DNA of 64,000 bases from an uncultured bacterium (GCA_963846325.1 CAWJVO010000006.1:34514-98513), one strand, 5' to 3'; counted from the first letter of the stretch, positions 51,067 to 61,436 are shown. Notes: generated by a model from the letters alone, not told the origin. Program-made: numbers and translations.

Positions 51067-52427
51067 GGTCTTCCTTTCCTCTTCTCCCGCGCGGAGCACA
51101 GGACCCCTCCGTCGTAGAAGTGAACGGTAAGCTCGTCCCCGGGAAATATCTTCTCCGCTCGCGGGATCACCCGCTCCCCGTCCCCCTCCGTGCAGAACGA
51201 GTAGCCCCGTTTGAGGACGCCTCGCGGGTCGAGGCCCGCGAGCGCCCCGAGCTTCCCGGCGACTTCTTTTTTCTTGAGGGACAGCTCTCCGTCCGTCCGC
51301 ACCCTCATGACGCGCAGCGCGTGAGCGACCGATCCGGCCGCGAGAGCCATCCTCGCGGACGGATTCCGCTGACGGAGCCCGGCAAGCGTCGATTCGAGCA
51401 GAATCCGCGATCTTCCCGTGTCCGACATCCTCTCGAGGAGACTCTCGATCTCGAGTTCGGCGCGCTCCATCCGGTGCTCGATCGCGGGAAACGCCGAGCT
51501 CCTGATCAGATATTCGACGAGATGCCTGCGGTTGGCCAGCACAGCGGTCTCGACGCCGGAGATCCGCCGGAGCGTATCGCCGAGCGCGCGCCGGACCTCG
51601 TCGACCAGAGGCGTGGCGAGCTCTGCCGCGGCGGTCGGAGTCGCCGCGCGCACGTCCGCGACGTGATCGGCGACGGTCGTGTCGATTTCGTGTCCGATCC
51701 CGGTGATGACCGGATGGACGGAGCCCGCCACGGCTCGCGCGACGCGCTCGCTGTTGAAACTCCAGAGATCCTCGACGCTTCCTCCGCCGCGCGCCAGGAT
51801 GATCGTATCGATGTCCCTGACGCCGTTCGTGACCTCCAAGGCGCGCGCGATGGATTCCGCCGAGCCGGGACCCTGCACTTCCGCCCGGACGTGGACGATT
51901 TCGGCGACGGGCCATCTCCTGCGAATCGTATCGACGACGTCCCTGATCACGGCGCCGGTCGGCGACGTGATGACGGCGATCTTCGCGGGGTAGCGCGGGA
52001 TCGGCCGCTTGCGCCCGGAGGCGGTGAGCCCTTCGTCCATGAGCTTCTTGAGCAGACGCCTGAGCTCGAGCTCCGCGTCTCCGCGCCCCGCGGGAATGAG
52101 ATCGGTCGCGATGAGCTGCGTCTGACCCGATCCGCCGAAATGAGAGACGCGTCCCGGCGCGATGACGAGCATTCCGTTCGCGGGAGAGCATGCGACGCGT
52201 TCCGCGTACCGGCGAAACAGGACGACGTGGATCATGTTCGCGGAGTCGCGAAGGGTGAAATAGGCGTGCCCCGACGTGTGAAGCTTGAAATTGGCGATTT
52301 CCCCGATGACGTTGAGGCGCGGGAACTCGGACTCGAGATGTTGTCTCACGGCCTCGCTGATCTCCGTCACCGTGTAGAGATCCCGCCGGGCGTCGCCGAG
52401 CGGATCGTTCCCGGAGCTATCCATCAT
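51051..52427 (-). CDS. xseA: exodeoxyribonuclease VII large subunit
   Basis: N-terminal OB fold (YTVTEISEAVRQHLE...GEIANFKLHTSGHAYFTLRD) and catalytic core GRGGGSVEDLW. Overlaps the xseB start. Confidence 0.93.
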   Translation of the reverse strand: MMDSSGNDPLGDARRDLYTVTEISEAVRQHLESEFPRLNVIGEIANFKLHTSGHAYFTLRDSANMIHVVLFRRYAERVACSPANGMLVIAPGRVSHFGGSGQTQLIATDLIPAGRGDAELELRRLLKKLMDEGLTASGRKRPIPRYPAKIAVITSPTGAVIRDVVDTIRRRWPVAEIVHVRAEVQGPGSAESIARALEVTNGVRDIDTIILARGGGSVEDLWSFNSERVARAVAGSVHPVITGIGHEIDTTVADHVADVRAATPTAAAELATPLVDEVRRALGDTLRRISGVETAVLANRRHLVEYLIRSSAFPAIEHRMERAELEIESLLERMSDTGRSRILLESTLAGLRQRNPSARMALAAGSVAHALRVMRVRTDGELSLKKKEVAGKLGALAGLDPRGVLKRGYSFCTEGDGERVIPRAEKIFPGDELTVHFYDGGVLCSAREKRKGRPWRKR

Positions 52428-53322
52428 CCCGCACTCCGTGCGCCCATCGTGCGGCCTGGAGCGTGTTTCGCATGAGCATCGCGACGGTCATGGGCCCCAC
52501 GCCTCCCGGAACGGGCGTGATGAGCGAAACCTTCCGGCATGCCGTTTCGAAATCGACGTCCCCCGTGAGACGGTACCCCTTCTTCGCGGCGGGGTCGGCG
52601 ACGCGATTCATCCCGACGTCGATGACCACCGCTCCTTCCCTGATCATGTCTCCGCCTATCGCATGCGCCCTGCCGATCGCGGCGATGAGTATATCGGCTT
52701 CGCGCGTCACCGATCCGAGATCGCGCGTCATCGAATGACACATCGTGACGGTGGCGTTTCCGCTCCCGTGCTTCCGCGAAAGAAGCAGCGCGACGGGCTT
52801 TCCGACGAGAATGCTCCTCCCGACGACGACGACGCGCCTCCCCTCCGTCCGAACGCCGTGGCGCGCCAGCAGCGCGAGGATGCCGAGGGGCGTGCAGGGG
52901 ATGAAGCGGGGTTTGTCCGACGCGAGACGCCCGATATTGTAGGGGTGCAGCCCGTCGACGTCCTTCGCGGGCGAGATGCTCTCGATGATCCGCTGCTGAT
53001 CGATATGCGGGGGAAGCGGCATCTGCACGAGAATGCCGTCGACTCCCGGATCCGCGTTGAGGCGGTCGAGCCGCTCGAAGAGAAACGCGGGCTCCACCGT
53101 CGCGCTCAGCTCGATGAGCGTCGATCCGATTCCGCACCGGGCGGCGGCGGTCACCTTGCTCTTGACGTACGCCTGCGACGCGGGGTCCTCGCCGGCGATG
53201 ACGACCGCGAGGAAGGGCGGCCGCCGGCCTTTCGAAAAATCGGATGTCCCCGCCGCGACTTCCGAGAAGATCGTTTCCGCGACGGCCTTCCCGTCGATCA
53301 GCTTCTCAGGCCCGCAGCTCAT
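52417..53322 (-). CDS. folD: bifunctional methylenetetrahydrofolate dehydrogenase/cyclohydrolase
   Basis: LIDGKAVA N-terminus, YVKSK motif, and GRSILVGKP Rossmann motif. Start at MSCGPE (ATGA overlap with the upstream stop). Confidence 0.94.
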   Translation of the reverse strand: MSCGPEKLIDGKAVAETIFSEVAAGTSDFSKGRRPPFLAVVIAGEDPASQAYVKSKVTAAARCGIGSTLIELSATVEPAFLFERLDRLNADPGVDGILVQMPLPPHIDQQRIIESISPAKDVDGLHPYNIGRLASDKPRFIPCTPLGILALLARHGVRTEGRRVVVVGRSILVGKPVALLLSRKHGSGNATVTMCHSMTRDLGSVTREADILIAAIGRAHAIGGDMIREGAVVIDVGMNRVADPAAKKGYRLTGDVDFETACRKVSLITPVPGGVGPMTVAMLMRNTLQAARWAHGVRDDG

Positions 53323-54116
53323 GATTGCTCCTCGTGCAGTTCGATCTCCTCCCGAACGCGCACGACTTCGCGCGCGCGCCCCGTCGCGTCGTCCACGTCC
53401 ACGAGGAGACCCCCGATGCAGGCGGCGCCGTCCGCCACTTCGAATCGCACGGGGAGCGCGCGCATAAACCGCTCGATCACCTGCTCCTTGCGGACACCGA
53501 TCACCGAATCGATCGGCCCGACCATGCCCAGATCCGTGATGAAGGCGGTTCCGCCGGGCAGCACCCGCTCGTCCGCGGTCTGCACGTGCGTGTGCGTCCC
53601 CACGAAAGCGCTCACGCGCCCGTCGAGATACGCCGCGAGAGCCTGCTTCTCGCTCGTCGCCTCCGCGTGAAAATCGACGAGGACGATCTTCACGCCCGGC
53701 GGGATTTCGCCGAGAATCGCGTCCGCGCAGCGGAACGGGCAGTCGATCGGGGTCATGAAGGTCCGCCCCTGGAGATTGATGACGGCGTACGGCGTGCCCC
53801 GCGTCTCCTTCACCGCGAATCCCCTCCCGGGCACTCCCGGGGGATAGTTCGCCGGCCGCAGGAGATCCTCCCGCGAATCGAGAAGCGCCAACCCCTCGCG
53901 CTTGTCCCAGACGTGGTTGCCGCTCGTCATGATGTCCACGCCGCACGCGGCGACTTCGTCGATGACCTTCGGGGTGATCCCGAAGATGCCCGCGGCGTTC
54001 TCGACGTTGCCGACGCAGAGGTCGACCGCATACCGCGCTTTTATCCCGCTCAGGCCCGCGGCGAGCGCCTGCCTCCCCGACTTCGAGATGATATCGCCGA
54101 GCAAAAGGATACGCAT
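53319..54116 (-). CDS. ymdB: YmdB-like metallophosphoesterase (2',3'-cyclic-nucleotide phosphodiesterase family)
   Basis: MRILLLGDIISKSGR, GNVENAAG and SGNHVWD motifs. Conserved rny-ymdB pairing. Confidence 0.88.
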   Translation of the reverse strand: MRILLLGDIISKSGRQALAAGLSGIKARYAVDLCVGNVENAAGIFGITPKVIDEVAACGVDIMTSGNHVWDKREGLALLDSREDLLRPANYPPGVPGRGFAVKETRGTPYAVINLQGRTFMTPIDCPFRCADAILGEIPPGVKIVLVDFHAEATSEKQALAAYLDGRVSAFVGTHTHVQTADERVLPGGTAFITDLGMVGPIDSVIGVRKEQVIERFMRALPVRFEVADGAACIGGLLVDVDDATGRAREVVRVREEIELHEEQS

Positions 54117-54130
54117 ACGTTCCGACGCGC

Positions 54131-55696
54131 TCACCGCGCGTAATCGACCGCCCTCGTCTCCCGAACGACGACCACTTTGATCTGGCCGGGGTATTCCATG
54201 TCCCCCTCGATCTTGCGCGCGATCTCGGAGCACAGATCCGCCGCCTGCGAATCGTCGATCTTCTTGAAGTTCACGAGAATCCTGATCTCCCGTCCCGCCT
54301 GGATCGCATACGATTTCTCGACGCCTTCGAAAGCGTCGGCGATCTTCTCGAGCTTCTCGAGCCTGCGGATGTAATTCTCGAGCGTTTCGCGACGCGCGCC
54401 GGGGCGCGCTCCCGATATTGCGTCGGCGGCCGATACGAGATGCGTGATCATCGACGTCGCTTCCACGTCCTCGTGGTGCGCGGCGACGGCGTTGATGATT
54501 TTTTCGTTTTCGCCGTACCGTTTCACGAGATCTCCGCCGATCGTCGCGTGGCCGCCCTCCATCTCGTGATCCGCGGCCTTTCCGATATCGTGAAGGAGTC
54601 CGGCACGCTTCGCGATGACGCCGTCGGCGCCGAGCTCGCCCGCGAGCAGACTCGACAGGTACGCGACTTCCTTCGAATGCTGCAGCACGTTCTGCCCGTA
54701 CGACGTGCGGTATTTGAGCCGGCCGAGGAGCTTCACGAGCTCCGGATGCAGCCCGTGGATATTGAGTTCGAGGCAGGTCTGCTCGCCGATTTCGCGTATC
54801 TCCTCGAGGAGCTCCTTCCGCGTTTTCTCGACGACTTCCTCGATGCGGCCCGGATGGATGCGCCCGTCCTTGACGAGCTTCTCGAGAGAAAGACGCGCGA
54901 CCTCGCGCCTGATCGGATCGAATCCCGACAGAATGACCGCTTCGGGCGTGTCGTCGATGATCACGTCGATGCCCGTCGCGTTTTCGAACGCCCTGATGTT
55001 GCGCCCCTCGCGGCCGATGATGCGTCCCTTCATCTCGTCGCTTGGAAGATCGACGACCGAAACGGTCGATTCGACGACGTGATCGGCCGCGCACCGCTCG
55101 ATCGCGAGCGTCAGGATCTCGCGGCTTTCCTTGACGGCGTTGCGCTCCGCTTCCTCGCGGATATCCCGTATCTTCTTCGCCGCCTCGTGCCTCGCCTCGC
55201 TTTCGAGATTCGCGATGAGAAGCTTCTTCGCCTCATCCTTGCTCAAGCCCGCCATTCTCTCGAGCTTGTCGTTCTGCATCTGAAGCACGCGGTTGAGATC
55301 CTCGTGTTTCTCGGCTACCGCCTGCAGCTTTCCGTCGAGGAGCTTCTGCCGCTCGCCGATCTCCTGCTCGCGGTTCTCGAGGTAATCCACCTTCCGGTTG
55401 ACGTTCTGCTCTTTTTCCTCGAGACGGCGCTCCTGCTTCTTGAGCTCCTGGCGCCCCTCCTGCGTTTCCTTCTCGAATCTGAGCTTCGCCTGGTACCACT
55501 CGTCCTTCGCTTCGAGGATCGCCGCTTTTTTTTGCGTTTCGGCTTCCCTCTGCGCTTCGGCGATGATGTTCTCCGCGAGCTTCCTCGTATGCTTGAGATG
55601 GCTCTCCGAGACCTTCTTGTTTATGAGCCAACCCGCGACGAGGCCGATGAAGAGAACCAGTATCCCGGCCGACGTAAAAAAGAATACACCTTGCAT
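54131..55696 (-). CDS. rny: ribonuclease Y
   Basis: N-terminal TM, coiled coil, KH domain ([15 protein letters not shown]), HD domain (LLHDIGKA). Confidence 0.96.
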   Translation of the reverse strand: MQGVFFFTSAGILVLFIGLVAGWLINKKVSESHLKHTRKLAENIIAEAQREAETQKKAAILEAKDEWYQAKLRFEKETQEGRQELKKQERRLEEKEQNVNRKVDYLENREQEIGERQKLLDGKLQAVAEKHEDLNRVLQMQNDKLERMAGLSKDEAKKLLIANLESEARHEAAKKIRDIREEAERNAVKESREILTLAIERCAADHVVESTVSVVDLPSDEMKGRIIGREGRNIRAFENATGIDVIIDDTPEAVILSGFDPIRREVARLSLEKLVKDGRIHPGRIEEVVEKTRKELLEEIREIGEQTCLELNIHGLHPELVKLLGRLKYRTSYGQNVLQHSKEVAYLSSLLAGELGADGVIAKRAGLLHDIGKAADHEMEGGHATIGGDLVKRYGENEKIINAVAAHHEDVEATSMITHLVSAADAISGARPGARRETLENYIRRLEKLEKIADAFEGVEKSYAIQAGREIRILVNFKKIDDSQAADLCSEIARKIEGDMEYPGQIKVVVVRETRAVDYAR

Positions 55697-55833
55697 AGTT
55701 TATCACCCGATCATCGATCGGGGACGCTCACCTCCGCGTGACTCGAGTCGTCGTCCCTGCGTGGCTGCAACCGCTTTGAGATATGATGGATTGAATGTCC
55801 TGAAGGCGGGAGATGCGGGAGCGTGAGCGCCGC

Positions 55834-55863
55834 GAAAATAATTCCCCACGCTGTGCCGTGTGG
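55834..55863 (-). terminator. candidate rho-independent terminator downstream of zapA
   Basis: Minus-strand CCACACG-gcacag-CGTGGGG (one mismatch) followed by AATTATTTTC. Confidence 0.45.
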
Positions 55864-56090
55864 TGAAGCCCCTTTAAAGCCGGAAACACAAGGTGGAAAT
55901 CCGCATGACCGTTTCTGCGATCCCGGTCGCGCCGGGCTTGGCATCGGCGGCCAGATATAGGATTTCCGGGCTAAAGGTGTTGGCTAAAAATTTACTTCTC
56001 CATCACGAGCACGGTAGGGAATTTCTCGTTCCGCGTGCGATGACCTTCTCCTCACGGTCCAGTGATTTCCGGCCAACACCCCAGGGCAAG
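55834..56090 (-). ncRNA. candidate structured RNA in the zapA-rny gap (6S RNA/ssrS-like position)
   Basis: About 250 nt non-coding between the zapA stop and a terminator. Long-range helix GCCGGAAA(T)CAC (56073-56062) / GTGTTTCCGGC (55889-55879) encloses about 195 nt. A competing perfect 9-bp helix is GGTGTTGGC / GCCAACACC. The zapA-ssrS synteny is known from E. coli. No covariance evidence is available. Confidence 0.25.
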
Positions 56091-56095
56091 GAGGA

Positions 56096-56464
56096 TTATC
56101 GTTCAACGCCGATCTTGCTATCAAGGAGCTCGCCCAAACGCGCAGCCTTTCCTTCGAGTTCCGCCTCGATCTTTTCGCGCTCCTCGCGCTCCTGGCAGAG
56201 CTCGTCCGTGATATTGAGAGCAGCTAATATGGCGATTCGCGACTGTGACATGATACCGCTCGAATGGGCTATTTCCCTCATCTTCCGGTCGACATACCCA
56301 GCTATCTTATGAATATACTGAGGGTTTCCCACTCCCTTGATTTTATACTCCTGACCAAAAATCTCCACTTTTTCAGTGCTCTTTTCGGTCATCTGGTTGC
56401 CTTTCAGAATCAACGCCGAACCTTTCGCTTCCGCCTTATCCTCCCGGGTACCCACCGTATTCAA
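56096..56464 (-). CDS. zapA: cell division protein ZapA
   Basis: VEIFGQEYKIKG...HKIAGYVDRKMREI...RIAILAALNITDEL is typical ZapA. The maximal ORF starts at TTG 56464. ATG 56392 (98 aa, GAAAGG RBS) is at least as plausible. Confidence 0.85.
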   Translation of the reverse strand: MNTVGTREDKAEAKGSALILKGNQMTEKSTEKVEIFGQEYKIKGVGNPQYIHKIAGYVDRKMREIAHSSGIMSQSRIAILAALNITDELCQEREEREKIEAELEGKAARLGELLDSKIGVER

Positions 56465-56475
56465 CAGGCGATGAA

Positions 56476-56760
56476 TCAGATATCGAGCTGATCCAGTTTC
56501 GCCAGCATCTCCTCTACCTTTCCTTTTATCTCCTCTCTCGTTTGATCGAAATCTCCTGTCTTTTTCTTTTCGGTCCGCAAGATTTCGAGTTCCCTCGTTA
56601 AATCACCGTTACTAATATACAACGAATCTATTTTTTCTTTCAACTCTTTATTGACCTGCTCCAGCTTCGTTTTTTCTTCTTTCAGTCGGGAGATATGCTC
56701 CGCCGCCTTCGTGATCTTCTCCTCAAGCATATCGAGGTTGATGGTTCCGGTTCCAGCCAT
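56476..56760 (-). CDS. coiled-coil protein, ZapB-like
   Basis: 94 aa, almost entirely heptad-repeat coiled coil (LEEKITKAAEHISRLKEEKTKLEQVNKELKEKIDSL). Sits immediately upstream of zapA. Confidence 0.55.
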   Translation of the reverse strand: MAGTGTINLDMLEEKITKAAEHISRLKEEKTKLEQVNKELKEKIDSLYISNGDLTRELEILRTEKKKTGDFDQTREEIKGKVEEMLAKLDQLDI

Positions 56761-56774
56761 GCGCCGTTCCTCCC

Positions 56775-59171
56775 CTATTCCGTCCTCAGTGTCGCCCCGA
56801 GCTCCCGCTCGAGAGCGCCGATTACTCTCTGAATTTCCCGGTCCACCGCGATACTGTCGAGGGTGCCCTCGGAGGACCTGAAACTCAGCCTGAATGTATA
56901 GCTCCGTTTTCCTTCCCCGAGCTGACCCCCCCTATAGTAATCGAAAACTCGAATAGAATCAAGATATTGTGCCTGTTTCATGATAATATTTCTAACCTCT
57001 GCAAAGCGCACTTTGTCGGTGACGACGATGCAGAGATCCCGCTTCACCGCGGGATATTGGCTCATCGCTTCGAACCTCTGCCAGCCTGTCCCCGCGGGGG
57101 GCACGATATCGAGGCGGATATCAAAATAGAATATCGGGGAATCGACGTCGAAGGCGTCCGAGACCCCCTTGGCGATCAGGCCCCCTTCGGCGAGAACGGC
57201 GCCGCCGAGGAGCCATTGGAAAACCTGCCCCTTCCCGTCGTGCGGCTTCATCATTCGGGCCTTCTGCGCGAGCCCGAGCCGCTCGAGGAGAGCTTCGAAT
57301 TCCCCCTTCATGTCGAAGAAATCGCTCTGCCGTCGAGGCTCCATCCACTGCAGCGGCGCTCCATGCCGGGCGAAAAGAGCGGCGAGACGCAGCTCTTCGC
57401 GCGGGAGCCCCGAGCGCTCCGGCCCCGGGAGAAACGCCTTGCCCAGCTCGAATATCCGTATCTCTTCCTGCTCGGCGCGCGTGTTACGCCTCACCACGCC
57501 GAGCAATCCCGGCAGGAGGCTCGTCCGGAGGGCCGACTGGGCCTCGGTGAGAGGATTCGTCACGCGCATCGGATCTCCACGCTCGTCCCGTCCTTCCCAT
57601 CCCATGCGCCCGGCATCCGCGGGATCCATGAACGAGCTCGTGACCACCTCGGCGAATCCCCGCGAAACGAGAAAGTCGACGAGCGAGTCGTTCCTCAGGT
57701 CTTCGAAAGGCACTTCGGAGAATATGGAGCACCGCGCCGATTCATCCCGGCCGATGTTCTCGTATCCGTAGACCCGGGCCGCCTCCTCCACGAGATCGAT
57801 TTCCTCCGTGATGTCCCGCCGGAAGGTCGGGACGGAGACATGGACCGTATCTCCATACGATCGCGACGAAAGCTCGAGCCTATCGAGCAGCGCCGCTATG
57901 TCGTCTCCCGCGAGCTCGGTGCCCATGACGCGGTTCGCGTGGCTCACCCTGAGGGAAACGGTCCGCCGCTCGACGCGTCTCGGATCGTCCAGAGATTCCG
58001 CGCATGACGCCGCGGGCGTTCCCGCTCCCATCTCCTGAATGAGCCTGCACGCGCGCGCGGCCGCGTTCATCATGCCTCCGATATCCGCTTCCCGTTCGAA
58101 ACGGTACGACGCCTCGGTCTCGAGCTTGAGGCGCTGCCTCGCGCCCCTGACGAGCCGCGGATCGAACATCGCGCTCTCGATGACGAGACGTTTCGTGTCG
58201 GCCGTTACCTCCGTATCGCGGCCTCCCATCACTCCCGCGACCGCGACGGGACGCGAGTCGTCGGCGATGACGAGCACGCCGGGATCGAGCTCCCGCTCGA
58301 CGCCGTCGAGCGTCACGATCTTTTCCCCTTTTTTCGCGCGCCGTACCGCGATCGAATCCTTGGCGAGCGTATCACGGTCGAAGGCGTGGAGAGGCTGTCC
58401 GAGCTCCATGAGAACGAAATTGGTCGCATCGACGATATTGTTGATCGGGCCCAGCCCGACCGATTTGAGGAGCGCCTGCATCCACGCCGGAGAGGGCCCC
58501 ACGGCGACGTCATCGACGAAGGCGGCCGTGTAACGCGGGCAATCGCCGCCGCTTTCGATCTTCAGATTGAAATCCCCGCCCGCAGCGAGCTCGAAGAGAT
58601 CGGGAACGACGAGCTTTCGCCGGTAGAGCGCCGCTATCTCGCGCGCGATCCCGAAATGGCACAGGAGATCGGGACGATTGGGCGTCACCTCGAGGTCGAA
58701 GACGTACTCGGAATGCCCCAGCTTGCCCTCGAGGCTCATCCCCGGCTTCCCGTCGAAATCGAGGGACATGATGCCGTCATGATTCTCGCTCAGCCCTAAT
58801 TCCGATTCGGAGCAGATCATTCCTTCGGAAACGACACCCCGGATCTTGGATTTCTTGATCCTGAGGCCCCCGGCGAGCACCGCTCCCTCCACCGCCACCG
58901 CGACCCGCATTCCCGCCGCGACGTTCGGCGCGCCGCAGACGATGCCCAGAGGACGCGCGCCGCCCGTTTCCACCGTGCAGAGACTCAGCCTGTCGGCGCC
59001 CGGGTGCTTCGCGACCTCGAGAACCCTGCCGAGCACGACTCCGGTGAACGGCGGCGCGAGTGATTCGATGCCCTCCACGTTCACGCCGAACATCGTCAGA
59101 TCGCGCGCGAGGGTCTCCGCGTCCTCCTCGATGGGTACGTACCGCTTCAACCACGAGAGGCTCGCCTTCAC
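56775..59171 (-). CDS. pheT: phenylalanine--tRNA ligase beta subunit
   Basis: GTG start overlapping the pheS stop (GTGA). N-terminus [12 protein letters not shown]. tRNA-binding domain (VAKHPGADRLSLCTV), B3/4, B5 and FDX-ACB domains. Confidence 0.95.
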   Translation of the reverse strand: MKASLSWLKRYVPIEEDAETLARDLTMFGVNVEGIESLAPPFTGVVLGRVLEVAKHPGADRLSLCTVETGGARPLGIVCGAPNVAAGMRVAVAVEGAVLAGGLRIKKSKIRGVVSEGMICSESELGLSENHDGIMSLDFDGKPGMSLEGKLGHSEYVFDLEVTPNRPDLLCHFGIAREIAALYRRKLVVPDLFELAAGGDFNLKIESGGDCPRYTAAFVDDVAVGPSPAWMQALLKSVGLGPINNIVDATNFVLMELGQPLHAFDRDTLAKDSIAVRRAKKGEKIVTLDGVERELDPGVLVIADDSRPVAVAGVMGGRDTEVTADTKRLVIESAMFDPRLVRGARQRLKLETEASYRFEREADIGGMMNAAARACRLIQEMGAGTPAASCAESLDDPRRVERRTVSLRVSHANRVMGTELAGDDIAALLDRLELSSRSYGDTVHVSVPTFRRDITEEIDLVEEAARVYGYENIGRDESARCSIFSEVPFEDLRNDSLVDFLVSRGFAEVVTSSFMDPADAGRMGWEGRDERGDPMRVTNPLTEAQSALRTSLLPGLLGVVRRNTRAEQEEIRIFELGKAFLPGPERSGLPREELRLAALFARHGAPLQWMEPRRQSDFFDMKGEFEALLERLGLAQKARMMKPHDGKGQVFQWLLGGAVLAEGGLIAKGVSDAFDVDSPIFYFDIRLDIVPPAGTGWQRFEAMSQYPAVKRDLCIVVTDKVRFAEVRNIIMKQAQYLDSIRVFDYYRGGQLGEGKRSYTFRLSFRSSEGTLDSIAVDREIQRVIGALERELGATLRTE

Positions 59172-60226
59172 TCGAACACCTCCCCCGCGGCCTCCGCCCA
59201 GAACTGCCTCAGGAAGCGAAGATCGTTTCCGAGGAGCCGCCGGATGTCGTCGATTCCATACTTGAGCATCGCGATCCTGTCGAGGCCCAGGCCGAACGCG
59301 AAACCGGTGTATGCGTCCGGATCGTAACCCGCGTTGCGAAACACATGCGGATGAACCATTCCCGCTCCCATGATCTCGATCCAGCCGGTCCTGCCGCAAA
59401 TGGAGCAGCCGGAGCCGCGGCATGCGAAGCACGACATATCGGCTTCGGCGCTCGGCTCCGTGAACGGAAAGAAATGAGGCCGGAAACGCACCTTCGCGTC
59501 GGATCCGAAAAACGCGCGCACGAAATAGGTCATGTCGTTTCGGAGGTCGGCGAGCGATACGTTGCGATCGACGTAGAGCCCCTCCATCTGGAGGAATTCG
59601 GACGCATGCGACGGATCGGGCGATTCGTTCCGATACACGCGGCCGGGGACGATGATGCGAAGGGGCGGCTTGTGCTTCTCCATATACCGCACCTGCACCG
59701 GCGAAGTCTGGGTCCTCAGAAGAATGTCCCGGTTGATGTAGAAGGTATCCTGCGTGTCCCGCGACGGATGATCGGCCGGAAAGTTCAGAGCCTCGAAGTT
59801 GTAATAATCCAGCTCGACGTCCGGCCCTTCGGCGAGGGAGTAGCCCATCCCGAAGAAAATGCGTTTGATGTCCCGCAAGACCTGATGAAGCACGTGACGC
59901 CCGCCGGACAGCGCGCGCCGTCCGGGAAGCGTCGGGTCGCCCGCGAAATAATCCTCTTCCGCCGCGCCGTCGGACAGCGCGCCCTTGCGCCGCTCGTAGA
60001 GACCGAGGATGCGCTCGCGGAGCTCGTTGACCGAATCGCCGAAAGCGGGCCGTTCCTCGTTCGGAAGGCTTCCGATGGAGCGCAGAAGGGTCGTTATCTC
60101 CCCCTTCCGTCCGATGAACCGGACCCTCGCCTCCTCCAGAGCGTCGAGATCGAAGGCCTCCGCGAAGGCCTTCTCGGCCCGCTCCGCGATTTCATCGACC
60201 CCGAAGCGATCGGATCGCTCGCTCAT
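59168..60226 (-). CDS. pheS: phenylalanine--tRNA ligase alpha subunit
   Basis: Class II motifs ([24 protein letters not shown]). ATG 60226 overlaps the rplT stop (ATGA). Confidence 0.96.
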   Translation of the reverse strand: MSERSDRFGVDEIAERAEKAFAEAFDLDALEEARVRFIGRKGEITTLLRSIGSLPNEERPAFGDSVNELRERILGLYERRKGALSDGAAEEDYFAGDPTLPGRRALSGGRHVLHQVLRDIKRIFFGMGYSLAEGPDVELDYYNFEALNFPADHPSRDTQDTFYINRDILLRTQTSPVQVRYMEKHKPPLRIIVPGRVYRNESPDPSHASEFLQMEGLYVDRNVSLADLRNDMTYFVRAFFGSDAKVRFRPHFFPFTEPSAEADMSCFACRGSGCSICGRTGWIEIMGAGMVHPHVFRNAGYDPDAYTGFAFGLGLDRIAMLKYGIDDIRRLLGNDLRFLRQFWAEAAGEVFE

Positions 60227-60579
60227 TGAAGGGATTCCTTCGCAATCTCCGCGAGCTTCGTGAAGCCCGGCGCGTCGTTGATGGCGAGCTCGGCGAGAAC
60301 CTTGCGATTGATCTCGATATTCGATTTCTTCAACCCGTCGATGAGCCGGCTGTAGCTCATGCCGTTCAGCCGCGCGGCGGCGTTGATGCGCGCGATCCAC
60401 AGCTTGCGGAAATCGCGTTTGCGCGCGCGACGGTCCCGGTACGCGTATACGAGGGCCCGGTTGACGGCCTCGCGCGCCGGGCGATAGAGCGTATGACGGC
60501 TACCGAAATAGCCCTTCGCCCGCTTCAGAATCTTTTTCTTGCGGCTCTTCGAGGGTACCCCATGTTTGGTTCTCGGCAT
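60223..60579 (-). CDS. rplT: 50S ribosomal protein L20
   Basis: [33 protein letters not shown] is canonical L20. Confidence 0.97.
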   Translation of the reverse strand: MPRTKHGVPSKSRKKKILKRAKGYFGSRHTLYRPAREAVNRALVYAYRDRRARKRDFRKLWIARINAAARLNGMSYSRLIDGLKKSNIEINRKVLAELAINDAPGFTKLAEIAKESLQ

Positions 60580-60639
60580 TTTCCGAATCCTCCTGCGGCT
60601 CGTGCAAGCCTGCTCGTGATGGTAGTGTCCGCCCGCCCG

Positions 60640-60834
60640 TTACATGCCCAGCATGCGGCGGACGCGCCTCGCGTCGCTTGCCGCGACCGTCGTTCCCTTG
60701 CGCAGATTGCGTTTCCGCTTGCTCGATTTCTTGGTCAGAATATGGCTCCCGTACGCTTTCGTCCGCTTGATCTTGCCTGTTCCCGTTACGCGGAAGCGTT
60801 TGTGCGCGGCTCGATTTGTTTTTAGCTTCGGCAT
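60640..60834 (-). CDS. rpmI: 50S ribosomal protein L35
   Basis: [24 protein letters not shown] is canonical L35. Confidence 0.95.
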   Translation of the reverse strand: MPKLKTNRAAHKRFRVTGTGKIKRTKAYGSHILTKKSSKRKRNLRKGTTVAASDARRVRRMLGM

Positions 60835-60843
60835 GGCTGTTAT

Positions 60844-61383
60844 CTAGCCCCCTTTTCTGTCGGATCGAGGACCCAGGATCATCGAAATCATCTTGCCGAC
60901 TTGTATCGCGTCCTTCTCGATGAGAGCGATATCGGCGAACTGCGTGACGATACGGTCGAGAATCTTCCGTCCCATATCCATGTGTTCCATCTCGCGGCCG
61001 CGGAAAATGACGGTGATCTTCACCTTGTCCTTCTCCTGGAGAAACTTTTCCGCGTTCCGCAGCTTGAACTGAAGATCGTGCTCCTCGATCTTGGGACGAA
61101 TCTTGATCTCCTTCAGATGGGTCGTGTGCTGTTTCTTCTTCGACTCGCGCGCCTTCTTGCTCTGCTCGTACTTGAATTTCCCGAAGTCCATGATCTTGCA
61201 GACGGGAGGCCGGGACGTCGGCGAAATCTCGACGAGATCGAGGCCCTGTTCCTGGGCCATCTTCAGCGCCTCCGCCGTCTGGAGGATGCCGAGCTGCTTG
61301 CCCTCGGCGTCGATGACCCGGATCTCGGGCAACCGAATCTGCTCGTTCACACGAACCCGCTTCTCTCTTTCCTTCTCCTTAAT
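60844..61383 (-). CDS. infC: translation initiation factor IF-3 (probable ATT start)
   Basis: IF3 N- and C-domains (INEQIRLPEIRVIDAEGKQLGIL; PKIEEHDLQFKLRNAEKFL). AGGAGG at 61396-61391 lies 7 nt upstream of ATT at 61383-61381. The TTG at 61401 used by the track has no RBS. Confidence 0.9.
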   Translation of the reverse strand: MKEKEREKRVRVNEQIRLPEIRVIDAEGKQLGILQTAEALKMAQEQGLDLVEISPTSRPPVCKIMDFGKFKYEQSKKARESKKKQHTTHLKEIKIRPKIEEHDLQFKLRNAEKFLQEKDKVKITVIFRGREMEHMDMGRKILDRIVTQFADIALIEKDAIQVGKMISMILGPRSDRKGG

Positions 61384-61401
61384 ACCGCCACCTCCTGGCA
61401 A

Positions 61402-61436
61402 TAAAACGAAAAGGGCAGGTAAAGTCTCACCCGCCC
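61402..61436 (-). terminator. rho-independent terminator/attenuator between thrS and infC
   Basis: Minus-strand GGGCGGGT-gagacttt-ACCTGCCC (8 bp including one G-U) followed by TTTTCGTTTTATT. It ends 5 nt before the infC Shine-Dalgarno. Confidence 0.6.

Noticed and set aside
55893-56312. 139-aa plus-strand ORF spanning the zapA-rny gap and the zapA 3' half
   Set aside because: It is antisense to zapA, has no RBS and no domain, and the region is better explained as structured non-coding RNA.
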